Source: Octopus sinensis
Lineage: Eukaryota
Direction of reading: 5' to 3'
NCBI RefSeq assembly: GCF_006345805.1
Contig: NC_043006.1
Span: 68,634,001-68,698,000, forward strand
DNA: 64,000 bases
Shown here: piece by piece, positions 26,060 to 39,330 of the stretch
Numbering within the stretch: position 1 is the first letter of the stretch
Layout of the letters: each line of letters opens with the position of its first letter
The notes under the pieces: model-generated
Databases searched by the model: none
Seen by the model: the letters and a program-made list of their open reading frames with translations, nothing else
What the model was told of the DNA's origin: nothing
Translations under genes and position numbers: made by a program

Positions 26060-26760
26060 GCAAGCTGAAATTAGTTTGTATTTTCTTTTCCGATAGGAAC
26101 AGAACAGTGAATGGCGTGAAGTTTCTCAATTTGGCTGGGGTCACGGGATGCCTAAATGTCTACCTTATCCAATACTGTCCACGAGATATTGGCAGTCTTA
26201 CCCTTTGTATCTCAATTCATAAATGTACTTTGAAAGTGCTGAGGTATTTTCTGGGAAGCAATGATGGATCAAGCAATTGTGCTAGTACAGGAAACTATTA
26301 AAAGAGTTCTATATAGTTAATTAATATGTTATTGGTGAAGATATCCTGGTATGCAATAATTTTCTCTAGGCATTTTCTCCTTTAAGAACAAGCCTCCATA
26401 TTTTGCTAATTGCTTGTTGACTCCTTTCACTCAACATCTGTTTGCAATATTTTTGCATTGTGATTCTATACAGTACTTCACATGACAAGCATATATCAGT
26501 TTTGGTGAACAATTTGTGGGATTTATGGCTGAAGGGGAAATGCTCTCTGATTAGTGAAAGGAAATATTTTGCATAACTAGTTTTCCACACCAATGGTGGG
26601 TTATACCATATATTATTGTTTTCTTTGTATTTTTACAGTTGCTGCTAGATGGTGTTGCTGAGTACTATATTCATTTTTGGTATCGTTTTTCTTTTCTTTT
26701 TATAGTGTTTCACTATAGCAATTTGCAGTGCTGTTGAAAGTGGCTTCATTAGAAGCCTAT
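26060..26760 (-). mobile_element. Degenerate Penelope-like element ORF (RT thumb, linker and GIY-YIG region)
   Basis: Minus strand reads ASNEATFNSTANCYSETL, then NIWYNPPLVWKTSYAKYFLSLIREHFPFSHKSHKLF (the IW(F/Y)NPP...HFP linker typical of PLEs), then ALSKYIYEL...ISWTVLDK. Confidence 0.75.
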
Positions 26761-28052
26761 ACTTGTTATAGATGCTTAGTTGAGAAGTTTACTTCACAGC
26801 CATTTGGTTTAATGTCCAAACTCACTGCTTTGCACTTTAAACAAGTGTTTTTGACTATACCTGTAAGAGGATCAATACTTTTAAGATGATCAATAATTGT
26901 AAATGAAATTCAACAGAAAACTGTATGAAAGTCCACCATCTCTATGTATATGTATATAAATGTATGTGTATTCATGCACGTGTGTTTGATTAATTCTGTA
27001 CTTCTGACAGCATTTGCTCAAGATGGTACTGAACTTGAGGCTATGTGGTTCAGAAGTGAACTTCTTAACCACACAATAATGTCTGTGCCAACATAAAAAA
27101 AATACAAATACAAAAAAAAAAAAAAACTAGTGGCCTTGTATTTGAGCTATAAATCTTGGCCATGTCAGGAGTTCATAGCATGTTACAATAATTTTTAGTT
27201 TAGACACAAGGTCAGCAATTTTTAGCAAGGCTGGGAGTGAGGTAGGGGTTAAATTGACCCCCCCCCCGTACTGGGAGGTACTTCATTTTATTGACTCCAG
27301 AAGGAAGAAAAGTAAAGTTAACTTCAATGGGATTTGAACACAGAACATAGAATGTTGGAAGAAATCTCAACATTTGATGCTCTACTGATCCTATCAACTC
27401 AGTGTCCCTTTCCTCTTGTAATAATTCTTTCTACTACAGGCACAATGCCTAAAATTTTGTGAGAAAGGAGTTAGTCAATTACAACTGGTATTTATTTTAT
27501 TGATCCCAAGAAGATGAAAGGCAAGGTTGACCTCAGAGGAATTTGAACTCAAAATGTAAAAAGTTGGAAGAAATGCTGTGAAGCATTTCGATACCAACCT
27601 GGCTGAAACTGCCTCTGGCTCTGTAGTACAAATATCTTGTTTTCATAAGTTCTGAATTAAAATCTTCCAACAAATCTTAGTCCCAATTTATGTTCCTAAT
27701 ACTAAATGATAACTAGGTTATTTTACTAAATTTTTTGTTATATTTAAAATTAATTGAAAGAAACACAGAGCATTTCAAAAGAAATATGGTAACGAAAGGG
27801 TTAACCTGCTAACAATTCTGCCAGCTCATAACCTTTGAATAATAACAATATCGTTATTTAATAATAACAATATTGCAGATTTTAATCAGAGAAAATTCTT
27901 GCAATTATTACTGAAGGTAAGAGTTGTAATTAGAAAGGAGCTCGTTTCAGTTTTAGATGGACAGATGAGAATGTGAGACAAAAAAAAAAAGAAACAGTAA
28001 CAAAAACATGTAATTAAGATAGATATTCAGTCAAGCTTTAATTAGTACAAAT

Positions 28053-28996
28053 TATTGGGTTACTCTTTTACTTGTTTCAGTCATTTGACTGCGGCCATGC
28101 TGGAGCACCGCCTTTAGTCGAGCAAATTGACCCGGGACTTATTCTTTGTAAGCCCAGTACTTATTCTATCGGTATCTTTTGCCGAACTGCTAAGTGACAG
28201 GGACGTAAACACACCAGCATCGGTTGTCAAGCAATGCTAGGGGGACAAACACAAACATACATACATATATATATATATACATATATACGACAGGCTTCTT
28301 TCAGTTTCCGTCTACCAAATCCACTCACAAGGCATTGGTCGGCCCCGGGCTATAGCAGAAGACACTTACCCAAGATGCCACGCAGTGGGACTGAACCCGG
28401 AACCATGTGGTTGGTTAGCAAGCTACTTACCACACAGCCACTCCTGTGTTGTCCGGAAAGTTCATGCTGATTTATAGTAGCTTACCTTTTGACTTATTTT
28501 GGAACATGGATGAGTCCATAAAATAGGATTTGACTACACCTCCATTTAGAGCACAGTTTAAGCTATCTTTTCGTGGAAGAAGGTTTATGTTCCTATAACC
28601 TGTGTTAATTCTGTAACCCTTTAAAATGGAAGATAAGAAAGTTCATTTTCAGCACTTGATGCTTTGGGAACCAGACAAAAATTGCTGCAGCTCGGCTGGG
28701 ATGTGTTACCCCACCCTCCATGTTCACCAGATATTGCTCCTTCGGATTTCCACTTATTCAGGTCTCTGCAGAATAGTCTTAGTGGTAAAAATTTCAATTC
28801 CTTGGATGATGTAAAAAGATAGCTTGATGAATTCTTTGCCATGAAACCACCTCAATTCCGGGAAGTTAAAGGAAAGATGGAGACGCATTGTGCAACAAAA
28901 TGGTTCATATTTGGTTGATTAAAAATGTAATGGCAAGTATTTATTGACCTTTTTCTTTCCTTTAAAAACTGGCACGAACTTTCCGGACAACCCAAT
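28053..28996 (+). mobile_element. Internally deleted mariner with both TIRs; left TIR interrupted by a SINE
   Basis: The right TIR is cacgaactttccggacaacccaaTA. The left TIR is split into tattgggtt (28053) and ttgtccggaaagttcatg (~28449). It encodes MEDKKVHF, joined to [28 protein letters not shown]. Confidence 0.85.
28062..28445 (-). mobile_element. SINE family A nested in the mariner TIR
   Basis: Full-length, low-divergence copy with CpGs retained. Confidence 0.9.
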
Positions 28997-29955
28997 AATG
29001 ACTCTATTTGTAGTAAATTTCTCAGGAAAGCTTGACAACACACTCTTGCTTGATAACAAAGCTGGTTAAGGAATACAGACATGGAACGGCAGAATAGATA
29101 GAGCATTGTTTAAAATATCCAACATCCTTAAATGTTCTGAGTTCAAATTCCTCCAAGGTTGTCACTGATTTTCATTGGTTTGAATCATTTCAAAGAAGCT
29201 ATGTGATTAAAGAACTTCAACGCACAATAAAACGGTTCTGGAGTTGATCCTATTACATAGCACTTTGGATGTATGTCTTCTACTCTGATTATGGATAATA
29301 CCTTGCGACTGGAATTTATTATTTAAGAGAGAACAGTGTGGAGCCTATCATATGTATATATATTTGTGTGTGTGTGTGTGTATAAATACACATATATATT
29401 ACATAAATACATATATTGTGTGGTAAGAAGCTTGCTTCCCAACCACATGGATTCAGGTTCAGTCTCACTGCGTGGCACCTTGGGCAAGTGTCTTCTACTA
29501 TAGCCTCAGGCAGACCAAAGCCTTGTGAGTGGATCTGGCAGAAGGAAACTGAAAGAAGCCTGTTGAATATATACATGGCAGCACTTTAATAACTAGAGCA
29601 AGTAAAAGATGAAAGATACATATATACATACAAACACACATACATTGATACACACATATATATATATATACATACATACATTCATATATATATACACACA
29701 CACACATACATACATACATATATATACATACACACACACACATACATACATACATATATATACATACACATATACATACATATATATATACACAAATACA
29801 TATATATATATATACATACACACATACATACATATATATGTATATATATATATATATACATACACACATACATACATATATATGTATATATATATATATA
29901 TATACACACACACATATACGCATGCACGCACGCACGCACACACACATACACACAC

Positions 29956-29990
<35 letters not shown>

Positions 29991-30118
29991 TATATAATTA
30001 AATATAATTAAGGGTTTAGCAACAAGTTGCTTCACCACATACTGAAAATTTAGAAATAGCAGCCAAAGACAGTTAATTCCTTATCACTACAGATATGACT
30101 CCCCATATATATATATAT

Positions 30119-30307
30119 AATCAAAATAAGCAACAAGGATATCCAGAGGTAATGCAGTATGATCGTTTCATGCGACTCCATTTAATTGAACAATGCAATC
30201 ATTACACCAATTTAAAATGATGTAATGATTGCATTGTTCAATTAAATGGAGTGGCATGAAACGATTGTACTGCATTACCTTTGGATATCCTTGTTGCTTA
30301 TTTTGAT
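30119..30307. repeat. Inverted repeat (~87 bp arms, 14 bp spacer) in a (TA)n-embedded relic
   Basis: The arms are 30119-30206 and 30221-30307 with a few mismatches. Their consensus includes GAAA-cgatcg-TA. Confidence 0.9.
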
Positions 30308-30435
30308 TTTAATCACCTTACTTTGAAATTGTATGGCTAACACCATACCAAATTCTGGTGCCTCAACTTGAGTATCATATTCATCTGAAACTAAATTTTT
30401 GCTGAACTATATATATATATACGTTTAAATATTTG

Positions 30436-30937
<502 letters not shown>

Positions 30938-30941
<4 letters not shown>

Positions 30942-30951
30942 ATATATATAG

Positions 30952-30991
<40 letters not shown>

Positions 30992-31025
30992 CTATATCAT
31001 ATATATATAATATTATATATATATA

Positions 31026-31059
<34 letters not shown>

Positions 31060-31226
31060 CCTATATATATTATACTACATATATAATACACATCATATAT
31101 CTATATATAGCATACATATATATATATATACATATATATACATATATACATACATATATATATATTACATACATATATATATATATACATATATATATAT
31201 ATCATATATATATACATATATACTAC

Positions 31227-31273
<47 letters not shown>

Positions 31274-31354
31274 TACATACATATAATATATATATATATA
31301 ATATACATATAACCTACATATATATATACATATATATATACATATATTACATAC

Positions 31355-31391
<37 letters not shown>

Positions 31392-31489
31392 CATATATAC
31401 ATACATATATTACATAATCCTACATATATATAATATATACATATATACATACATATATATATCAATACTCATACATAATATATATATAT

Positions 31490-31520
<31 letters not shown>

Positions 31521-31630
31521 CATTATATATATATATATATATTACATACAATATATATATATACATACCTATATATTGATACACACATATATAATATATA
31601 TACATACATATACATTCATTATTATATATT
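30938..31630. repeat. Compound (TA)n/(TACA)n microsatellite tract
   Basis: Directly visible. Confidence 0.95.
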
Positions 31631-32081
31631 AGATTAGTCATTGTAAGCTGAACGATAAACGTTGGTTTTACTCTCTCTGCGCCGGTCAGCAGCAAGCTTC
31701 ACAGCTACATTCGTTCGTAATTGACCATCACATATATTCCTGTATATTTGAAACCACGCTTTTTCCCAACTCGTGAGTAGACTTTTCCTTAACCACAAAC
31801 TATTTTCATAATTTTTCAAACGACCAAATATTTTCAACACCTTCTGATAACTAAAGGATCACCCACACACATTAAAAATTAGAAAAAGAGGGAAAAAAAA
31901 GAAAAGAAAAGAAAGATAAATACTAACAAGCTCATAATTCAAATACAAACTTCTCAGTATTACAACAACCTTCTGTACAATCATTCTACATACTTCTCCT
32001 TAAAAAAAAAACAATAATAATAATAATTAAAAGTAATCAACAAACGAACGAACAAAAAATTTAATAAACATATCAACCAGA

Positions 32082-33200
32082 ATGGCTAGCCACCAAAATC
32101 CAACAAAAACTGGTCTGATAATGAAGTCGACGTTCTTATCAACACATGGCATGGCCTACCTATACCGAAACAGAGAGCATAGCTGCTTCGTGTCTGAACG
32201 AAATTGCCAAACGAACAGTTCACCATTTGCAACTCGATCTGAACAGCAGATCCAAAATAAATTAAAACAAATCGAAGTTGCTTTTAAATAATAAATAAAC
32301 ACTTCGATAAACTGAGATGTGTTTTCTCTCGAACGCATCACCGGCGCAACAACAACAACAACAACCTCAACAACAACAACAACAGCTACAGCAACAACAA
32401 CAACTTCAGCAGCAACAACCTCAGATGCAAACAACAACACCTCAACACAACAACAGGATGAACCACTCCTTGATTCATCTACAATGGCCGATTTGCTAAA
32501 TGAAACGATTGCCCCCAGTCATCAGGGTCACACAGCAGAAGCACCACCCCTTCCTTTCACTGCCCCAGCAGCTCAATCATCATCATTGTCAACACCATCT
32601 CCTCTGCTTACTACTACTAGTACTACTCCCACTATATATCGACAAACATCTTTGTCTTGGAATCGACCTCCTCAATCATTACCACTGTCAACATCTCTTC
32701 TACTACTACTACTACTACTACTACACTACTACTACTAATGCTATCTCAAGAGATTTACCTCCAACAGGTCACAAAGGTCGCCAAAACTTCAACAAACTAT
32801 CATCTACACTTTCACAGCTCACACACACACAACGCACCACCTACACACCCACTCGAAACCCCATCATTTGCCGATATTCTCTTCGCCATAGACTGTGCAC
32901 TGATAGAGACTGCAAATTCACCATTTACCTGGAACAAAACGCTCTATCCCCACAACTACAACAGCAACCACCATAATACAACATCACCACAACCACCAAT
33001 ATCTCAAACAAGGAATCCCCAAATCTGCCGCTATTCCCAGCGAGACAGATTGTGCTTGCACAGGGATTGCCCCTTTACCCATCTCCCGGGGACTCGTCGG
33101 ACATTTAAAGATAACCACTCACATAAAAAATAAGCCGCGGCCACAGTCACCTGCGGTTCCCTAGACAGGAAACCACCTCTTCTTCCTCTTTTTTAGCTAA
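32082..33200 (+). pseudogene. LINE ORF1 (frameshifted): Thr/Gln-rich linker and two CCCH-like zinc fingers
   Basis: ICRYSLRHRLCTDRDCKFT(H) and ICRYSQRDRLCLHRDCPFTHLPGT. Confidence 0.65.
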
Positions 33201-33334
33201 ATGAATCTAGCAAAGAACTGGAAAAAAATCCGAGCTATCACCCACCGCCATCCACCACTATTACCCTACCCACACTACACATGCCATTAAAAGCAATCAA
33301 ATAAACAAATCACCAAAACAATTAAAACATCCAC

Positions 33335-36283
33335 TCTCGCCTCAACATTTCTGCTTAATGCCCAAGGCATCAGCCCTTCCACCAATACACAAAAATGGAA
33401 GATAAGATTCCTGGAGGACTGGGTCGAGGCCCATCCAACCACATCCCTTTCTTCTTCGTCCTCACTGAAACCCATCTTAGTGACCTCCACTTGGAAGCCG
33501 AGGTGAAAGTTAAAAATTTCAAAACCATTCGTGCTGATCGTGTTGGCAGAAGAAGGGTGGGACTGCCATTTATGTCCATGATTCATTCTCAACAGAGCCA
33601 TGAACATATTTTCGAATGGATACTGCGAAGCAGTCGCTGTATTCAGTCAAACCAACAACTTAACAGTAGTTGGGCTCTACAGACCACCCCAAACCGCCCC
33701 TACCATGCTTCAAGGAATGCCTCAACAGCATAAAGTGTTTCATTCAGCAGTGTCACCTGACAACATTTTAATGATGGGAGATTTTCACCTTCCCTCCCGG
33801 GGTTGACTGGTCTACAAACAGTCTGCCGCCAGGTTCTTCTCTCTCAACCCCTGACAGGGAGGCAGTGGAATCGCTTCTTGACTTCATGGATGACTTCTTC
33901 TTGTCCCAACTGGTACTCGAACCAACGAGATGTCACAAAACGTCTTAGACTTAATTTTCACAGCAATCACACTGATACTATCCACAATATTGCAGTGGAG
34001 AAAACCCTACTCTCCGACCATGACTGGTTCTCTGTGATCTGAGATTTCACTGGCCAAAATGCAAAACAAATGTCATCCCTCCTCCTGCTCATCCATTGAC
34101 ACTATGGATTTCCACAATCAAACTGGAAGCGATCAATAATGATCTTGCACAAGTCGATTGGTCCTTCACACACATACACACCCACTAACATCAAAAAGTC
34201 CTGGCAGTCACTTGTAGACACCATCACGAACATATGTGCAAGACACACCCCATTAAGATCTGCAAACAAATCTAAGTGTCGAATCCCTAGAAATAGAAAA
34301 TCTCTCATAAGGAAAATTAAAAGAATCAACAAAAAGATCAACATGCTGAATACTGTCAACAGCAACACACCAACCTGACTGCCATCTCGTCGCTAGAGAT
34401 TAAAAAACATAAACTCCAAAACAACATGATGTCTATCATCATATCCCAGCGAAGAGCTGAAGAGGCCTGGGCCATTGAGAAGATCAAACTCAATCCCAAG
34501 TGTTCTTTTCATTTGCAAAAAACACAGAGTCACTGGTTCTACTGTTGGCCCTCTGATTGATGAAAATGGTACTCTTCAAGACAATGCCAAAACCATGGAG
34601 AAATATTGCAGAAACAATATTGCTCTGTTTTCAGCAATCCTGATATGACTGATCTGGGCTGTATCAGTGATGTTACTCCCCAATACACTTTATCGGACAT
34701 AACATTTAGCGCTCCTGATGTCTTAGCAGCATAAAGGAAATGAAGCATAATTCAGCAGTAGGTCCCGATAGGTTCCCTGCTTGTGTCTTGAGATGTGTCA
34801 AAACCAACTTGCACCCCCTCTAGCCAATCTGTGGCGGAACTCATTGGATCTGGATATATACCAGAAGACCTTCTATCCCAGTCTGTTGTCCCAGTTTTTC
34901 AAAAAAGGAAACAAATCGCTTGCCGTGAATTACCGTCCAATCTCACTCACCTCTCAATCATCAAGGTATTTGAGAGGGCTGAGATCGCGTATGACTCACT
35001 TCCTTGAGAGTCATAATATGCTGAACCCCAACCAGCATGGATTCCGTATGGGAGAGATTGCCTGACGCAGCTACTGCATCATTTTGATGACATTTTGAGA
35101 GCCTTGGGAGAGGGTTCCAACACTGATGTCATCTACCTTGATTTCAGCAAGGCCTTTGACAGGGTTGATCATAAGATCCTTCTGAGAAAGCTGTCCAATA
35201 TTGGTGTCACTGGAAAGCTGCTGCAATGGATCGAGTGCTTCCCTCTCTAACAGAACCCAACATGTTGTAGTCGAAGGAGTCAAATCCAGCCCAGCCAAAG
35301 TCAGCAGTGTGTCCCACAAGGCACTGTGTTGGGCCCACTTCTCTTCATCATCTACATAAATGATATTACTGACACCATCAAACACAGCAACATCAGAACC
35401 TTCGCTGATGATTCCAAGCTCCAGAAGGTCATCAATGGCGTGGATGACCGAATAAACCTTCAGTCAGACCTACTGGCTGTTGTCCAATGGGCGGAAAAGA
35501 ATAACATGTTGCTAAATGAAGACAAATTCGAACTGATCCACTTTGGAAGGGAGGACGCTCTGAAACTCCCATACTCTCTTCCTTCTGGAGAAATTCTCAT
35601 GGCATCCAACAACATCAGAGACCTGGGAGTAACAGTGGACAACAACATAAGCTGGGCTACACATATAAGCAGCAAAGTTGACATGGCCCGCAGAATGTGT
35701 TCCTGGATTCTCAGACCTTCCAGTCGAGAGATTCCCACGCTATTATCCTTCTCTTCTCCACTTTTGCCCGACCCCACCTTGAATACTGCTGTCCACTGTG
35801 GTCTCCCTACACAAACAAAAATATTTGAGAATTGAAGCTCCCCAAAGGTCAATCACAAAAAAATAGATGGCATGTCAGACCTTGACTACTGGGTAGACTA
35901 GAGAAGCTGAAATTGTATTCACTCCAACGACGCCGTGAACGCTACATTATCTGTATGATGTGGAAATATTCCATCAGCACTGTCCGATGATGTTGGCATC
36001 ACCTTCAAAATGCATCCAAGGCTTGGACCACGTGCCATCCGTCCACAACAAAATCTAAATCGCATCACATAACGACAACACGGCACAACTATTTCACCTC
36101 AATTGGACCCGCTCTCTTCAACCTTGATTGCACCAGGACCGTCAAAAAGAACTGACCACACAAAATTCAAGAAGTCTTTGCAAATTCCTTCAAACAGTAC
36201 CACCGGACAAACCACCCACACCCCGATATGTCTCCGCAAACAATAACTCTCTGCTCGAATGGGCCTTGGTGCCCAAATCCTGA
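33335..36283 (+). pseudogene. LINE ORF2 (APE endonuclease + reverse transcriptase), many frameshifts
   Basis: APE motifs LNAQG, LTETHL, YRPP, MGDF and LSDH. RT motifs NYRPISLTS, QHGFR, YLDFSKAFDRVDH, PQGTVLGPLLFIIYIND, FADD and RDLGV. Stop at 36281-36283. Confidence 0.9.
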
Positions 36284-36357
36284 ACTGAAAGACTTCGCCA
36301 GGTGGCTATTAAGTTAGACATGGCCTGGGCCAATACTGGCCAAAAACCTTTCTAAGT

Positions 36358-36396
36358 TATTATATATATATATATAATATACATACATATATATAT

Positions 36397-36429
<33 letters not shown>

Positions 36430-37860
36430 CATACATATATATTATACATATATATAATATATATATATATATACATACAATATATATATACATAATATAA
36501 TATATATATTATACATACATATATATATATATATATCCATACATATATTACATAAACATATATATATATATATATATACATACATATAATATATATATAT
36601 ATATATATACATACATATATATATATATACATACATATATATATATATACATACATTATATATATATACATACATATATATATACATACATATATATATA
36701 TATACATACATATATATATATACATACATATATATATATACATACATATATATATAATATATATATAATATATATACATACAATATATATATATACATTA
36801 TATATACATACATATAATATAATACATACATATATATATATATATACATATATTATATACATACATATATATATATCATACATATATATACTATATCACA
36901 TATATATATATATATATACATACATATATATATATATACATACATATATATATATATACATATACATACATATATATATACATATACATACATATATATA
37001 TATACATACATATACATAATACATACATATACATACATATATATATATATACATACATATACATACATATATATATATATACATACATATACATAATATA
37101 TATATATATACATACATATACATACATATATATATATATACATATACATACATATATATATATATACATACATATATATATATATATACATACATATATA
37201 TATATATATATACATACATATATAATATATATATACTACATATATATATATATATACATACATATATATATATATACATACATACATATATATATAATAC
37301 ATACATATATATATATATACATACATAATTATATTATATATACATACATATATATATATATACATACATATATATATATATATATCATACATATATATAT
37401 ATATATACATACATTATATATATATATACATACATATATATATATATATTACTACATATATATATATATATATATACATACATATATATATATATATACA
37501 TACATATATATATATATACATACATATATATATATACATACATATATATATATACACATACATATATATATACATATACATACATATATATAACATATAC
37601 ATACATATATATATACATATACATACATATATATATACATATACATACATATATATATACATATACATATATATATATACATACATATATATACATATAC
37701 ATACATATATATACATACATATTATATACATACATATATATATACATACTATATATATACATATATATACATACATATATATATACCATACATATATACA
37801 TACATATATATATACATACATATATATATATATATAATATATATATATTATTTTATATAT
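36358..37860. repeat. 1.5 kb compound (TA)n(CATA) microsatellite tract
   Basis: Directly visible. Confidence 0.95.
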
Positions 37861-37971
37861 AGAGGGCATTATACATACATCCACAACGCTAAGAGGGACA
37901 ATTAGTCATTTCTACCAAAAATTTTACTAATCCACCAAATGCAATTTTTCAAAGTAAGACATTTAAAATAT

Positions 37972-38019
37972 AGACCTGTATCACAGTGATTTCATATTTA
38001 CGTATTCATCAGCAGGCCT
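37972..38019 (-). ncRNA. Type I hammerhead ribozyme motif with intact core
   Basis: Minus strand reads aggcctg-CTGATGA-ata(cgtaaa)tat-GAAA-tca(ctg)tga-TA-caggtct. Stem I is 7 bp (one G.U), all core nucleotides are present, and the cleavage triplet is AUA. Confidence 0.75.
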
Positions 38020-38150
38020 GGACGTATCATAAATAAACGACCCTGCCTCGCTTAAGCCGATCAGATATATATATATATATATTATATTATATTAGAGATA
38101 AAACCACTATTAGGCAAATCAATGTAAGTTTGGATTTACTCCCTAATATT

Positions 38151-38182
<32 letters not shown>

Positions 38183-38906
38183 TACACATACACACATATA
38201 GAAGTTAAACATATACTTTCGCTGAGTATACAGCAAGATTTAAGAGAAACTACATAAATGTGTAAATGTGTGACATTTTAAAAATTTCGCAGTAGACAAG
38301 AAAGAGCGTGAATGATCTGATATGAGTTTTGTTTCTTTCCTCCGAGACTATGTACACTTCATTCTGGCCACAGACTAATGCTAAACTCTCTTTCTCTCAT
38401 CACATACATACATACATACATTTTAACCTGTGAATGATGTACACACATGTACACATATAAAATCAAACACACATACACGTACATATATATATATCGTTCA
38501 TTTTAACATTTGTTTTTCCGTACTTGCATGTAATTTGGCTTGGGATTATTTGAGTTTGGATTTTACTGTCAGATGCTCTCCCCGTCACAAATCTTGTTTG
38601 GTTTTTAGTAAAGGAGTGCTGGACAATTGGTCATCATATTAAAAGACAAGAATGGAATACAAACGTTTTTATAAATTTACACACACACAGAGTATAGGCT
38701 GCCTGTAGTTTCTGTCCATGGAATAACCTCACATAGCATTGGTAGGTTTAGGCTATAATAGGAAACACTCATCCAAAGTACCAACCACTGGGACTGAACT
38801 CAAAACCATGTGGCTGGGAAGTAAACTTCTTAACCACACATCCATGCCTCCACCTATCTCTCTCTCTCTCTCCCTACCTTCTCTATGTGTATGTATGTAT
38901 GAATGT

Positions 38907-39115
38907 ATTCTTTTATAAGTTTCACTTGACTGTGGCCATGCTGGAGCACCGCCTTTATTCAAACAAATCAACCCCAGGACTTATTCTTTGTAAGCCAAGT
39001 ACTTATTCTATTGGCCTCTTTTGTTGAACTGCTCAGTTTCAGGGACATAAACACACTAACATCTGTTGTCAAGCGATGGTGTGGGGACAAACACAGACAC
39101 ACAAATACATGTGTA

Positions 39116-39161
<46 letters not shown>

Positions 39162-39330
39162 CACACGATAGGCTTCTTTCAGTACCCTCTACCAAATCTA
39201 CTCACAAGGCTTTGGTAAGCCTGAGGCTATAGTAGAAGACACTTGCCCAAGTTGCCATGCAGTAGGTCTGAACCCAGAACCATGTGATTGGGAAGCAAGC
39301 TTCTTACCACACAGCTACACCTGCGACTAT
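38907..39330 (-). mobile_element. SINE family A
   Basis: Full-length match. Confidence 0.85.

Larger units (their letters stand above)
31630..36358 (+). mobile_element. Near full-length CR1/L2-group (Crack/Daphne/Kiri-like) LINE inserted in (TA)n
   Basis: It has a 5' UTR, ORF1 with two CCCH-like fingers, an APE endonuclease, an RT and a C-terminal NNSLLEW. The short 3' UTR runs directly into (TA)n. Confidence 0.9.

Noticed and set aside
36360-37884. Many long Y/I/M/C/V-rich ORFs (also at 13152-14900, 29498-31695, 51410-51797 and 58222-58934)
   Set aside because: They are translations of (TA)n/(TACA)n/(TG)n microsatellites that happen to lack stops.
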